Shown here piece by piece: positions 15,185-28,184 of a stretch of 64,000 nucleotides of DNA. The DNA lies in assembly GCA_964016885.1 (NCBI GenBank), contig OZ024742.1, forward strand, positions 28,086,001 to 28,150,000, read 5' to 3'. Origin of the DNA: Eledone cirrhosa (lineage: Eukaryota). The notes under the pieces were generated by a model, which saw only the letters and a list, made by a program, of their open reading frames with translations, had not been told where the DNA came from and did no database searches. Within the stretch, counting starts at the first letter, position 1. Every line of letters begins with the position of its first letter. The translations under genes and the position numbers were made by a program.

Positions 15185-15420
15185 TTGGTTAGAATATCTC
15201 AACAAAGAATTGCTAGACAGATTTTACAAGCAAAACAAGCCAGCAGGTGACCCAGGTGTAGACTCTGAGCAGGTAAACATCCATGAGCTTGGCTGGTCTC
15301 ACTTCAGAATCCAACCAAATCAATTGGAGACTGTTGCTTCTAACAGGAGCTGCTGGGAGAAGTGTTTGAGGACTTTGTACTCATAACCCTCTCAGAAACA
15401 TGTGGCTGAAGATGAGAAGG
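15185..15420 (+). mobile_element. Old RTE/Expander-like 3' coding remnant
   Basis: IHELGWSHFRIQPNQLETVASNRSCW resembles Expander-type RTE C-termini (recalled, not searched), preceded by a degenerate RxPRGR-like segment. Confidence 0.55.
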
Positions 15421-15924
15421 CTTGCTTATGTAGATAGATATGGTAAAGTATGTGAGGAGTTAACTACACATCTTCAGCAAGGAGGTGATGCAGTACAAAC
15501 TTTTGCTAAATTACAGTGTATAAATTAGAATTAATAGATTAAATTCATGTTTAATCCTTATTCTATATAATATGTTGAACAAAAAATAGTAATATTAACT
15601 CAGTTATAACCCACAGTGCTAATACTCCTTCTCCAGAGAGCAGGAAAAGGAAGACATATATATATATTAATAAAAATACAACTGAAATGTTACTTAAAAC
15701 CACACAAAAATCGATGTGTGCATATTTCTACATATAAATACATATATATACACATATATATATATATAATATATACACACACATATATATATATATACAT
15801 GTTTATTTATATACATATATATTAACAATGATTATATATATATATATATATATATAATATATGCACACACACATATATATATATATATACATGTTTATTT
15901 ATATACATATATATTAACAATGAT

Positions 15925-15957
<33 letters not shown>

Positions 15958-16010
15958 CATATATATATATATATACATCTTTATTTATATATATATATAT
16001 TAACAATGAT

Positions 16011-16043
<33 letters not shown>

Positions 16044-16067
16044 CATATATATATATACATCTTTATT

Positions 16068-16098
<31 letters not shown>

Positions 16099-16145
16099 CA
16101 TATATATATATACATCTTTATTTATATATATATATATTAACAATG

Positions 16146-16274
<129 letters not shown>

Positions 16275-16566
16275 AATAGATCTCTAGTATATGGAGTTTC
16301 AGGGCGTAATTATTGCAGATGAGATATTTAATTTCTGGAATTTTGGGTGCTGAATGGAAATGTCTAACATTTACAGACCTGTTCAACCCATACTATCCAA
16401 GGAAAATATTAAAAAATACATAGATAAGTAAGCAAATAAATAAAGGTAAAAAAACAAAAATAAATGAATAAATAATTAGAGAGTTGACAGAAAATGTAAG
16501 ACACATAATATAATTGTCCCTTGTGAAACTCAACAGAAAAGCAACAATTATATATATGTACATGAT

Positions 16567-16633
<67 letters not shown>

Positions 16634-16979
16634 TACATACATATATATATATATGTATATATATATACATGCACACAAAGGCACATATATGTATGTGTGT
16701 ATGTATAATAGGATGAAAAAAGCTCTAGTAATGACAATAGAAGAAACAATATCATGATTAGCTAAATATGAATCTTTTTCCAAGATGTAATCAACCATAA
16801 TTTCTTTGCTTTCATCTCTTTGATGTCATTTACGTTTTCCTTCTTCCCTTTTCGCCTTCCTACACTCCCACACACACATCTTCATCCACAACCTACATAC
16901 ACATTCTTTCTTACTCACTCCTTTTCTCTTTCCCTGCTCTCTCTGTCTCACTCTCCCTTTCTCTTTCCCTGCTCTCTCT

Positions 16980-17014
<35 letters not shown>

Positions 17015-17664
17015 TTGCTCTTTCCCTTTCTCTCTCTCTGCTCTCTCTCTCTCTCTTTCTCTTTACTGATCTCTCTCTTTCTCTCTCTGCTGTCATCCTT
17101 TCTCTTTCCTGCTCTCCCTGCTCTCTCCCTTTCTCTTTCCCTGCTCTCTCTGCCCCCCCCCCTCTCTCTCTCTGTTCCTTCCCTTTCTTCAGGACATCAT
17201 CTTTTCTGTAATTGTTGATTTACAATATAAAGGTGTCCTCATTGTTACTGCTATTCCCACTGATTGTTGTTGTAGTTGTTAATGTTGTTGTAGTTGTTGC
17301 TATTGCTGCTATTAATATTCTTGCTGTTTTTTGTCATTGTTATTGTTGTTGTAGTACTGTTGGTGTTGTTGTTACTGTTGTTGCAGTGCTGTTGTTGTTG
17401 TAGCAGGACTGTTGTTGTTGTTTTACAGTACTGTTGTTAGTGGTTTTGTCATTGTTCATGTTGTTACTGTTGTTGTTGTTACTGTTGTTTTTTTTTCATG
17501 TTGTTGTTACCTTTGTCGTTTCTGTTTTGTTTCATGTTGTTGTTGTTGTTGTTGTCGATTCCATTGTTTTTTTTCATGTTACTGTTGTTGTTATTGTTGT
17601 TACTATTTTGGGAGTATACTTACTCCTGCTTTTGGTTAGTTCTGTTGAAGTTAGAGAAACAATT

Positions 17665-20530
17665 CATTGTCATCACTGTCATTGCTATTGTTGTTGTCAT
17701 TGCTGTCATTGTTATTGTTATTGTCATTGCTGTCATTGCTGTCATTGCTGTCATTGCTATTGTTGTTGTCATTGCTGTTATTGTCATTGCTGTCATTGTT
17801 ATTGTTATTGTCATTGCTGTCATTGCTATTGTTGTTGTCATTGCTGTCATTGTTATTGTTATTGGCATTGCTGTCATTGCTATTGTTGTTGTCATTGCTA
17901 TTGTTGTTATTGTTATTGCTGTCATTGTTATTGTTGTTGTCATTGCTGTCATTGTTATTGTTGTTGTCATTGCTGTCATTGTTATTGTTGTTGTCATTGC
18001 TGTCATTGCTATTGTTGTTGTCATTGCTGTCATTGCTATTGTTGTTGTTGTCATTGCTGTCATTGTTATAGTTGTTGTCATTGCTGTCATTGCTATTGTT
18101 GTTGTCATTGCTGTCATTGTTATTGTTATTGGCATTGCTGTCATTGCTATTGTTGTTGTCATTGCTATTGTTGTTGTTGTCATTGCTGTCATTGTTATTA
18201 TTGTTGTCATTGCTGTCATTGTTATTGTTGTTGTCATTGCTGTCATTGTTATTGTTGTTGTCATTGCTATTGTTGTTGTTGTCATTGCTGTCATTGTTAT
18301 TGTTGTTGTCATTGCTGTCATTGTTATTGTTGTTGTCATTGCTGTCATTGATATTGTTGTTGTCATTGCTGTCATTGCTATTGTTGTTGTCATTGCTGTC
18401 ATTGCTATTGTTGTTGTTGTCATTGCTGTCATTGTTATTGTTGTTGTCATTGCTGTCATTGTTATTGTTGTTGTCATTGCTGTCATTGTTATTGTTGTTG
18501 TCATTGCTATTGTTGTTGTTGTCATTGCTGTCATTGTTATTATTGTTGTCATTGCTGTCATTGTTATTGTTGTTGTCATTGCTATTGTTGTTGTCATTGC
18601 TGTCATTGCTATTGTTGTTGTCATTGCTATTGTTGTTGTTGTCATTGCTGTCATTGTTATTATTGTTGTCATTGCTGTCATTGTTATTGTTGTTGTCATT
18701 GCTGTCATTGTTATTGTTGTTGTCATTGCTATTGTTGCTGTTGTTGTCATTGCTGTCATTGCTATTGTTGTTGTTGTCATTGCTGTCATTGTTATTGTTG
18801 GTGTCATTGCTGTCATTGTTATTGTTGTTGTCATTGCTGTCATTGCTATTGTTGTTGTCATTGCTATTGTTGTTGTTGTCATTGCTGTCATTGTTATTAT
18901 TGTTGTCATTGCTGTCATTGTTATTGTTGTTGTCATTGCTATTGTTGTTGTCATTGCTGTCATTGCTATTGTTGTTGTCATTGCTATTGTTGTTGTTGTC
19001 ATTGCTGTCATTGTTATTATTGTTGTCATTGCTGTCATTGTTATTGTTGTTGTCATTGCTGTCATTGTTATTGTTGTTGTCATTGCTATTGTTGCTGTTG
19101 TTGTCATTGCTGTCATTGCTATTGTTGTTGTTGTCATTGCTGTCATTGTTATTGTTGGTGTCATTGCTGTCATTGTTATTGTTGTTGTCATTGCTGTCAT
19201 TGCTATTGTTGTTGTCATTGCTATTGTTGTTGTTGTCATTGCTGTCATTGTTATTATTGTTGTCATTGCTGTCATTGTTATTGTTGTTGTCATTGCTATT
19301 GTTGTTGTCATTGCTGTCATTGCTATTGTTGTTGTCATTGCTATTGTTGTTGTTGTCATTGTTGTCATTGTTATTGTTGTTGTTGTCATTGCTGTCATTG
19401 TTATAGTTGTTGTCATTGCTGTCATTGCTATTGTTGTTGTCATTGCTGTCATTGTTATTGTTGTTGTCATTGCTGTCATTGTTATTGTTGTTGTCATTGC
19501 TATTGTTGTTGTCATTGCTATTGTTGTTGTTGTCATTGCAGTCATTGTTATTGTTGTTGTCATTGCTGTCATTGCTATTGTTGTTGTCATTGCTGTCATT
19601 GCTATTGTTGTTGTCATTGCTGTCATTGTTATTGTTGTTGTCATTGCTATTGTTGTTGTCATTGCTATTGTTGTTGTTGTCATTGCTGTCATTGTTATTG
19701 TTGCTGTCATTGCTATTGTTGTTGTCATTGCTATTGTTGTTGTCATTGCTACTGTTGTTGTTGTCATTGCTGTCATTGTTATTGTTGTTGTCATTGCTGT
19801 CATTGCTATTGTTGTTGTTATTGCTGTCATTGCTATTGTTGTTGTCATTGCTGTCATTGCTATTGTTATTGTCATTGCTGTCATTGCTATTGTTGTTGTC
19901 ATTGCTGTCATTGCTATTGTTGTTGTCATTGCTGTCATTGTTATTGTTGTTGTTGTCATTGCTGTCATTGCTATTGTTGTTGTTATTGCTGTCATTGCTA
20001 TTGTTGTTGTCATTGCTGTCATTGTTATTGTTGTTGTTATTGCTGTCATTGCTATTGTTGTTGTTATTGCTGTCATTGCTATTGTTGTTGTCATTGCTGT
20101 CATTGCTATTGTTGTTGTCATTGCTGTCATTGTTATTGTTGTTGTTGTCATTGCTGTCATTGCTATTGTTGTTGTCATTGCTATTGTTGTTGTTATTGCT
20201 GTCATTGCTATTGTTGTTGTCATTGCTGTCATTGCTATTGTTGTTGTTATTGCTGTCATTGCTATTGTTGTTGTCATTGCTGTCATTGCTATTGTTATTG
20301 TCATTGCTGTCATTGCTATTGTTGTTGTCAATGCTGTCATTGCTATTGTTGTTGTCATTGCTGTCATTGTTATTGTTGTTGTTGTCATTGCTGTCATTGC
20401 TATTGTTGTTGTCATTGCTATTGTTGTTGTTATTGCTGTCATTGCTATTGTTGTTGTCATTGCTGTCATTGTTATTGTTGTTGTCATTGCTGTCATTGTT
20501 ATTGTTGTTGTCATTGCTATTGTTGTTGTT
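17665..20530. repeat. Triplet-based compound satellite (GTT/GTC/ATT/GCT)
   Basis: Blocks of gtcattgct(gtcattg[ct]t)attgttgtt; length variants are multiples of 3. Confidence 0.95.
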
Positions 20531-23500
20531 GTCACATCTGTGACAGTTGTTGTCATCACTGTCATAAGTGTTGTGACAACTGTGACAGTTGTTGTCATCA
20601 CTGTCATAGCTGTTGTCACAACTGTGACAGTTGTTGTCATCACTGTCATAGCTGTTGTCACATCTGTGACAGTTGTTGTCATCACTGTCATAGGTGTTGT
20701 GACAACTGTGACAGTTGTTGTCAGCACTGTCATAGCTGTTGTCACAACTGTGACAGTTGTTGTCAGCACTGTTATAGGTGTTGTCACAACTGTGACAGTT
20801 GTTGTCATGACTGTCATAGCTGTTGTCACAACTGTGACAGTTGATGTCATCACTGTCATAGCTGTTGTCACAACTGAGACAGTTGTTGTCATAACTGTCA
20901 TAGCTGTTGTCACAACTGTGACAGCTGTTGTCATCACTGTCATAGCTGTTGTCACAACTGTGACAGTTGTTGTCATCACTGTCATAGCTGTTGTCACAAC
21001 TGTGACAGCTGTTGTCATCACTGTCATAGCTGTTGTCACAACTGTGACAGCTGTTGTCATCACTGTCATAGCTGTTGTCACAACTGTGACAGTTGTTGTC
21101 ATAACTGTCATAGCTGTTGTCACAACTGTGACAGTTGTTGTCATCACTGTCATAGCTGTTGTCACAACTGTGACAGTTGTTGTCATCACTGTCATAGCTG
21201 TTGTCACAACTGTGACAGCTGTTGTCATCACTGTCATAGCTGTTGTCACAACTGTGACAGCTGTTGTCATCACTGTCATAGCTGTTGTCACAACTGTGAC
21301 AGCTGTTGTCATCACTGTCATAGCTGTTGTCACAACTGTGACAGTTGTTGTCATCACTGTCATAGCTGTTGTCACAACTGTGACAGTTGTTGTCATCACT
21401 GTCATAGCTGTTGTCACAACTGTGACAGTTGTTGTCATCACTGTCATAGCTGTTGTCACAACTGTGACAGTTGTTGTCATCACTGTCATAGCTGTTCTCA
21501 CAACTGTGACAGTTGATGTCATCACTGTCATAGCTGTTGTGACAGCTGTGACAGCTGCTGTCATCACTGTCATAGCTGTTGTCACAACTGTGACAGTTGT
21601 TGTCATCACTGTCATAGCTGTTGTCACAACAGTGACAGTTGTTGTCATCACTGTCATAGCTTTTGTCACAACAGTGACAGTTGTTGTCATCACTGTCATA
21701 GCTGTTGTCACAACTGTGACAGTTGTTGTCATCACTGTCATAGCTGTTGTCAGAAATGTGACAGTTGTTGTCATCACTGTCATAGCTGTTGTCACAACTG
21801 TGACAGTTGTTGTTATCACTGTCATAGCTGTTGTCACAATTGTGACAGTTGTTGTCATCACTGTCATAGCTGTTGTCACAATTGTCACAGTTGTTGTCAT
21901 CACTGTCATAGCTGTTGTCACAACAGTGACAGTTGTTGTCATCACTGTCCTAGCTGTTGTCACATCTGTGACAGTTGTTGTCATCACTGTCATAAGTGTT
22001 GTGACAACTGTGACAGTTGTTGTCATCACTGTCATAGCTGTTGTCACAACTGTGACAGTTGTTGTCATCACTGCCATAGCTGTTGTCACATCTGTGACAG
22101 TTGTTGTCATCACTGTCATAGGTGTTGTGACAACTGTGACAGTTGTTGTCAGCACTGTCATAGCTGTTGTCACAACTGTGACAGTTGTTGTCATCACTGT
22201 TATAGGTGTTGTCACAACTGTGACAGTTGTTGTCATGACTGTCATAGCTGTTGTCACAACTGTGACAGTTGTCATCACTGTCATAGGTGTTGTCACAACT
22301 GAGACACTTGTTGTCATAACTGTCATAGCTGTTGTCACAACTGTGACAGTTGTTGTCATCACTGTCATAGCTGTTGTCACAACTGTGACAGTTGTTGTCA
22401 TCACTGTCATAGCTGTTGTCACAACTGTGACAGCTGTTGTCATCACTGTCATAGCTGTTGTCACAACTGTGACAGTTGTTGTCATCACTGTCATAGCTGT
22501 TGTCACAACTGTGACAGTTGTTGTCATCACTGTCATAGCTGTTGTCACAACTGTGACAGTTGTTGTCATCACTGTCATAGCTGTTGTCACAACTGTGACA
22601 GTTGTTGTCATCACTGTTATAGCTGTTGTCACCACTGTGACAGTTGTTGTCATCACTGTCATAGCTGTTGTCACAACTGTGACAGCTGTTGTCATCACTG
22701 TCATAGCTGTTGTCACAACTGTGACAGTTGTTGTCATCACTGTCATAGCTGTTGTCACAACAGTGACAGTTGTTGTCATCACTGTCATAACTGTTGTCAC
22801 ATCTGTGACAGTTGTTGTCATCACTGTCATAAGTGTTGACAACTGTGACAGTTGTTGTCATCACTGTCATAGCTGTTGTCACAACTGTGACAGTTGTTGT
22901 CCTCACTGTCATAGCTGTTGTCACAACTGTGACAGTTGTTGTCATCACTGTTATAGCTGTTGTCACAACTGTGACAGTTGTTGTCATCACTGTCATAGCT
23001 GTTATCACAACTGTGACAGTTGTTGTCATCAGCGTCATAGCTGTTGTCACAACTGTGACAGTTGTTGTCATCACTGTCATAGCTGTTGTCACAACTGTGA
23101 CAGTTGTTGTCATCACTGTCATAGCTGTTGTCACAACTGTGACAGTTGTTGTCATCACTGTCATAGCTGTTGTCACAACTGTGACAGTTGTTGTCATCAC
23201 TGTCATAGCTGTTGTCACAACTGTGACAGTTGTTGTCATCACTGTCATAGCTGTTGTCACAACTGTGACAGTTGTTGTCATCACTGTCATAGCTGTTGTC
23301 AGAAATGTGACAGTTGTTGTCATCACTGTCATAGCTGTTGTCACAACTGTGACAGTTGTTGTTATCACTGTCATAGCTGTTGTCACAACTGTGACAGTTG
23401 TTGTCATCACTGTCATAGCTGTTGTCACAACTGTCACAGTTGTTGTCATCACTGTCATAGCTGTTGTCACAACAGTGACAGTTGTTGTCATCACTGTCAT

Positions 23501-24290
23501 AGCTGTTGTCACATCTGTGACAGTTGTTGTCATCACTGTCATAAGTGTTGTGACAACTGTGACAGTTGTTGTCATCACTGTCATAGCTGTTGTCACAACT
23601 GTGACAGTTGTTGTCATCACTGTCATAGCTGTTGTCACATCTGTGACAGTTGTTGTCATCACTGTCATAGGTGTTGTGACAACTGTGACAGTTGTTGTCA
23701 GCACTGTCATAGCTGTTGTCACAACTGTGACAGTTGTTGTCCTCACTGTCATAGCTGTTGTCACAACTGTGACAGTTGTTGTCATCACTGTTATAGCTGT
23801 TGTCCCAACTGTGACAGTTGTTGTCATCACTGTCATAGCTGTTGTCACAACTGTGACAGTTGTTGTCATCAGTGTCATAGCTGTTGTCACAACTGTGACA
23901 GTTGTTGTCATCATTGTTATAGGTGTTGTCACAACTGTGACAGTTGTTGTCATCACTGTCATAGCTGTTGTCACAACTGTGACAGTTTTTGTCATCACTG
24001 TCATAGCTGTTGTCACAACTGTGACAGTTGTTGTCATCACTGTCATAGCTGTTGTCACAACTGTGACAGTTGTTGTCATCACTGTCATAGCTGTTGTCAC
24101 AACTGAGACAGTTGTTGTCATCACTGTTATAGCTGTTGTCACAACTGTGACAGTTGTTGTCATCACTGTCATAGCTGTTGTCAGAAATGTGACAGTTGTT
24201 GTCATCACTGTCATAGCTGTTGTCACAACTGTGACAGTTGTTGTCATCACTGTTATAGGTGTTGTGACAACAGTGGCAGTTGTTATCACT
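20531..24290. repeat. 42-bp minisatellite, ~90 copies, with higher-order duplications
   Basis: Unit gtcacaactgtgacagttgttgtcatcactgtcatagctgtt; variant blocks recur 1428 and 1549 bp apart. Confidence 0.97.
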
Positions 24291-24474
24291 GTTGTCATCA
24301 CTGTAATTGTCATTCCTCTCATTGCTGTTGTCATTGGTGTCATCTCTCTCCTCATAATTGTCATTGTTGTCTTCACTGTCATTGTCACTGGCATTGTAAA
24401 TGTCATCGCTCTCATTATCATTGTTGTCATTGTCATCATTCTAAAATGTCTGATGAAGATTTCGACGTGGTGCT

Positions 24475-24675
24475 GTTGTTGTTGTCTGGTGCATATAGTT
24501 GTTGTTGTTAGTGTTCTATACACTGTTGTTGTTGTTGTTGTCTGGTGCATATAGTTGTTGTTGTTAGTGTTCTATACACTGTTGTTGTTGTTGTCTGGTG
24601 CATATAGTTGTTGTTAGTGTTCTATACACTGTTGTTGTTGTTGTCTGGTGCATATAATTGTTGTTAGTGTTTTAT
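24475..24675. repeat. ~55-bp tandem repeat, ~4 copies
   Basis: gttgtctggtgcatatagttgttgttagtgttctatacact with variable (GTT)n. Confidence 0.85.
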
Positions 24676-25070
24676 TCTCTATTGTTGCTGATATTATCTG
24701 CTTCTTTTGGAGCTGTTGCTGTTGTTTTTGTTGCTATAGTTATTCACATATATTCTTGTCATTGTCATCAAAGTCTCTACCTATATAATAGTTACTAGTT
24801 ATTTATTTATATCTATATTTATTCCATTCCTTCTTGCATTCTTCCATACTTTCTCCTTTTCCACCCCACCCCCTCCCCATTCTCCTTTTCCCCTCACCTT
24901 TCCTTCCTTTCTCTGTCTTTTCCAGTTGACTAACAAAAGAATCCTCATTTGGAAAGATGCCATAATTTTTCTTAATTGTCTTTGATTGAGCACTTTCAGA
25001 CTGTCTGACTTTCTAAACTAAAGCAGATTGTCATCTAGTTTTACAGTTGATAAACTTCACACTTTCTACA

Positions 25071-25120
<50 letters not shown>

Positions 25121-25127
<7 letters not shown>

Positions 25128-25264
25128 ATCTTTTCCATTCTCTTTTCATTAAATAATATACATCATCATCATCATCATCATCATTTTACGTCCGCTTTTC
25201 GTAAAATGATGATGATGATGATGTATATTATTTAATGAAAAGAGAATGGAAAAGATGGGATATA
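25121..25264. repeat. Snap-back inverted repeat at a SINE/RTE 3' terminus
   Basis: Arms are reverse complements apart from (CAT)8 versus (ATG)6; 9-nt loop tccgctttt. Confidence 0.95.
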
Positions 25265-25378
25265 TAAATATATATATATATATACATATGCATATACAAA
25301 TATATGTATATATATATATATATGCATGTACAAATATATGTATAAATATATATATATATATGTATATACAAATATATG

Positions 25379-25452
<74 letters not shown>

Positions 25453-25462
25453 CAAATATATG

Positions 25463-25502
<40 letters not shown>

Positions 25503-25512
25503 CAAATATATG

Positions 25513-25545
<33 letters not shown>

Positions 25546-25689
25546 GTATATACAAATATATGTATATATATATATATATATATGTATGCATATACAAATA
25601 TATGTATATATATATAGATATATACAAATATAAGTATATATATATATATACAAATATATGTATATATATATATATATATGTATGCATAT

Positions 25690-25724
<35 letters not shown>

Positions 25725-25762
25725 AATATATGTATAAATATATATGCATATAGAAATATATA

Positions 25763-26086
25763 TCATCATCATCATCATTTTACGTCCACTTTTCCCTGCT
25801 TGCAAGGGTGGGACGGGAACTGATTCTGGCTTGATTTCTACAGCTGGATGCCCTTCCTAACACCAACCTCATTTACAGTGACTGCTGGGTGGTTTTTGCC
25901 GTGGCACCTACATGACCACTTTGCAGTGGAATGATATGGACCCCAGTCCCTATCATCTCATTTCTACAGCTGAGTAAACTGGAGCAATATGAAATAAAGT
26001 GTCTTGCTCAAGGAAACAACACATCCCTCGGTCTGAGAATTGAACTCACAACCTTTCGATGCTCTAACCACTAAGCCATGTGCCTC
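25763..26086 (-). mobile_element. CORE-type tRNA-SINE with RTE tail
   Basis: Reverse complement of the 30277-30610 family, with a small deletion in the tRNA head; flanked by (TA)n. Confidence 0.92.
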
Positions 26087-26126
<40 letters not shown>

Positions 26127-26128
<2 letters not shown>

Positions 26129-26238
26129 AACGAGTAGGACTCCGACGGCTGAGCTCAAGCCGTTTCGACGGCTAATTCTGGACTAAAAATTAGCCTTTGA
26201 AACAGCTTGAGCTCAGCCGTCGGGGTCCTACTTGTTCC
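26127..26238. mobile_element. 112-bp hairpin MITE flanked by TA (Tc1/mariner-like)
   Basis: ~51-bp inverted arms with 5 mismatches; TA on both sides. Confidence 0.65.
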
Positions 26239-27408
26239 TATTACCCACTCTACTACCCTAAGTATTGAGTACTTTGGTGCGTTATGGTCCACCTGGTTCC
26301 TTACCACATTTCCTTCGTTATATATATATATATATGAAAAACATGGGAAGAAAGAGGAATACTGCGTGGTTGCACATGGGTTACATATTATAAAATTAGT
26401 CCCTCATCAGTGATTTGCCAACCATCATTGGTATTTCATCGCATTAAAAATCAGATACCTCAGGTTGGTACGAGCAATAACTAAAATAAGCTATTGGGAC
26501 AAGATATATATATATATATATATATGCATGTACAAATATTTTTTACTTTTCTTTGGTTCCATCTATATTCCTCTACTTGTTCTATTTTTAGAACATATTA
26601 TTCCTCTTGAACAAAGAAATAACAAATATTTAGGATTGTTCTATACTATTCTACTGGATATAACACACTGATATCTGCACCCCTTTCCTCCAACTTTAAT
26701 CTTCCTTGACCGTCCACACTTTTCTGGCATTTCTATACAATCTGTTTAAATTCCTTTACACTCACAGCTTTCTTTGCTTAAAGGTCATATTCGATACTTC
26801 ATCCCCTGACTGCTAATTTATTCATCTACTACTACCAGCATAATGATCTATATTGCCGCTTCCTATTTTTACTATTGATCAATCTCAACCTTGTTCTTAA
26901 AAGGTTACTTATTCATACATGTTTTTATATTCTTTTTATATTCTTCAATAAACAAAACTCATTATTTCTAAAGACTGCTGGTTGGGAAGACGTATGTATA
27001 TGTTCTTGCTTTGATAATTTGTAATATATTTAACATAGATCACTAATATAATGAACATACGGAGAACTACCCTCCAGAAACGATCGTAAAATAGTGAGTT
27101 TTACTATGAATTACATGTATTTTGTTTAATTTCATTGTTTTCACTATTTGTATTATATATATATATATATATATATATTTAAAAGAATAGAGGTGTAACA
27201 CACAAGTTATTATATATTGGTAAATGGAATAGAAAATGCTGACAAATTGTTCACAGTGAAAAATAGTTTAATTAGGAATAAGTGAGAATTAGTAATTGTA
27301 TTGGTTAGTATTCAGTTTTGGTTTTAAGTTTAACTGGTTGCTCATTTCTAATGCTTTTCAAAAATAATTTTGAGATAGAGCGTCCGTGATGTTTGCTCTG
27401 ATCTGTGA

Positions 27409-27440
27409 AGTTTTAAATCAACATATGTTGATTTAAAACT
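27409..27440. repeat. Perfect 32-bp palindrome
   Basis: agttttaaatcaacat|atgttgatttaaaact. Confidence 0.95.
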
Positions 27441-27686
27441 GCACTATTCACAAGTGTTTTTTAACCTTCATATCATGTATCCCTATTTTATCTGACGAAA
27501 ACGCAAATGTCATCTCATGATGATATTTGTTTTTGAAATGCGCATAATAAAATTCATGGAACTCTTTTAACCATCTTTTGATCTTATATTATTTATACTC
27601 CAGTCCTACAAACAGTAGAGTGCTACTTATCCGATATCTGCATTGCTTTATTGTACTACAATACAACTCATCTCCTACAGTATATT

Positions 27687-27718
<32 letters not shown>

Positions 27719-27746
27719 TATATATATATATATTTATTTATATATA

Positions 27747-27787
<41 letters not shown>

Positions 27788-27896
27788 TTATATATATATA
27801 TTTATATATATATATATATTTATGTATATATATATTTATATATTTATTTATATTTATATATATATATATATATATATTTATTTATATATATATATT

Positions 27897-27985
<89 letters not shown>

Positions 27986-28033
27986 GCATATACAAATAAA
28001 TATATATATATGCATATACAAATATATATATAT

Positions 28034-28075
<42 letters not shown>

Positions 28076-28130
28076 ATATATATATGTATATATGTGTGTG
28101 GGCAAATTATTGAGATTATGATAATACTTA

Positions 28131-28172
<42 letters not shown>

Positions 28173-28184
28173 ATATATAACATC

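Larger units (their letters stand above)
17624..24440 (-). other. Candidate giant Thr/Met/Val-rich repeat exon (unproven; one 2-bp frameshift at ~22838)
   Basis: Minus-strand ttttag| acceptor at 24441 and GA|GTAAGT donor at 17623, both phase 2 in the Thr-rich frame. Confidence 0.25.

Noticed and set aside
17434-24106. Cys/His-rich metallothionein-like frame (CCHNCDSCCHHCHS) and 2202-aa Val/Ile plus-strand ORF
   Set aside because: The Cys/His frame is broken by stops (e.g. 18351, 24106). The Val/Ile frame is open only because of triplet composition and would be implausibly hydrophobic.
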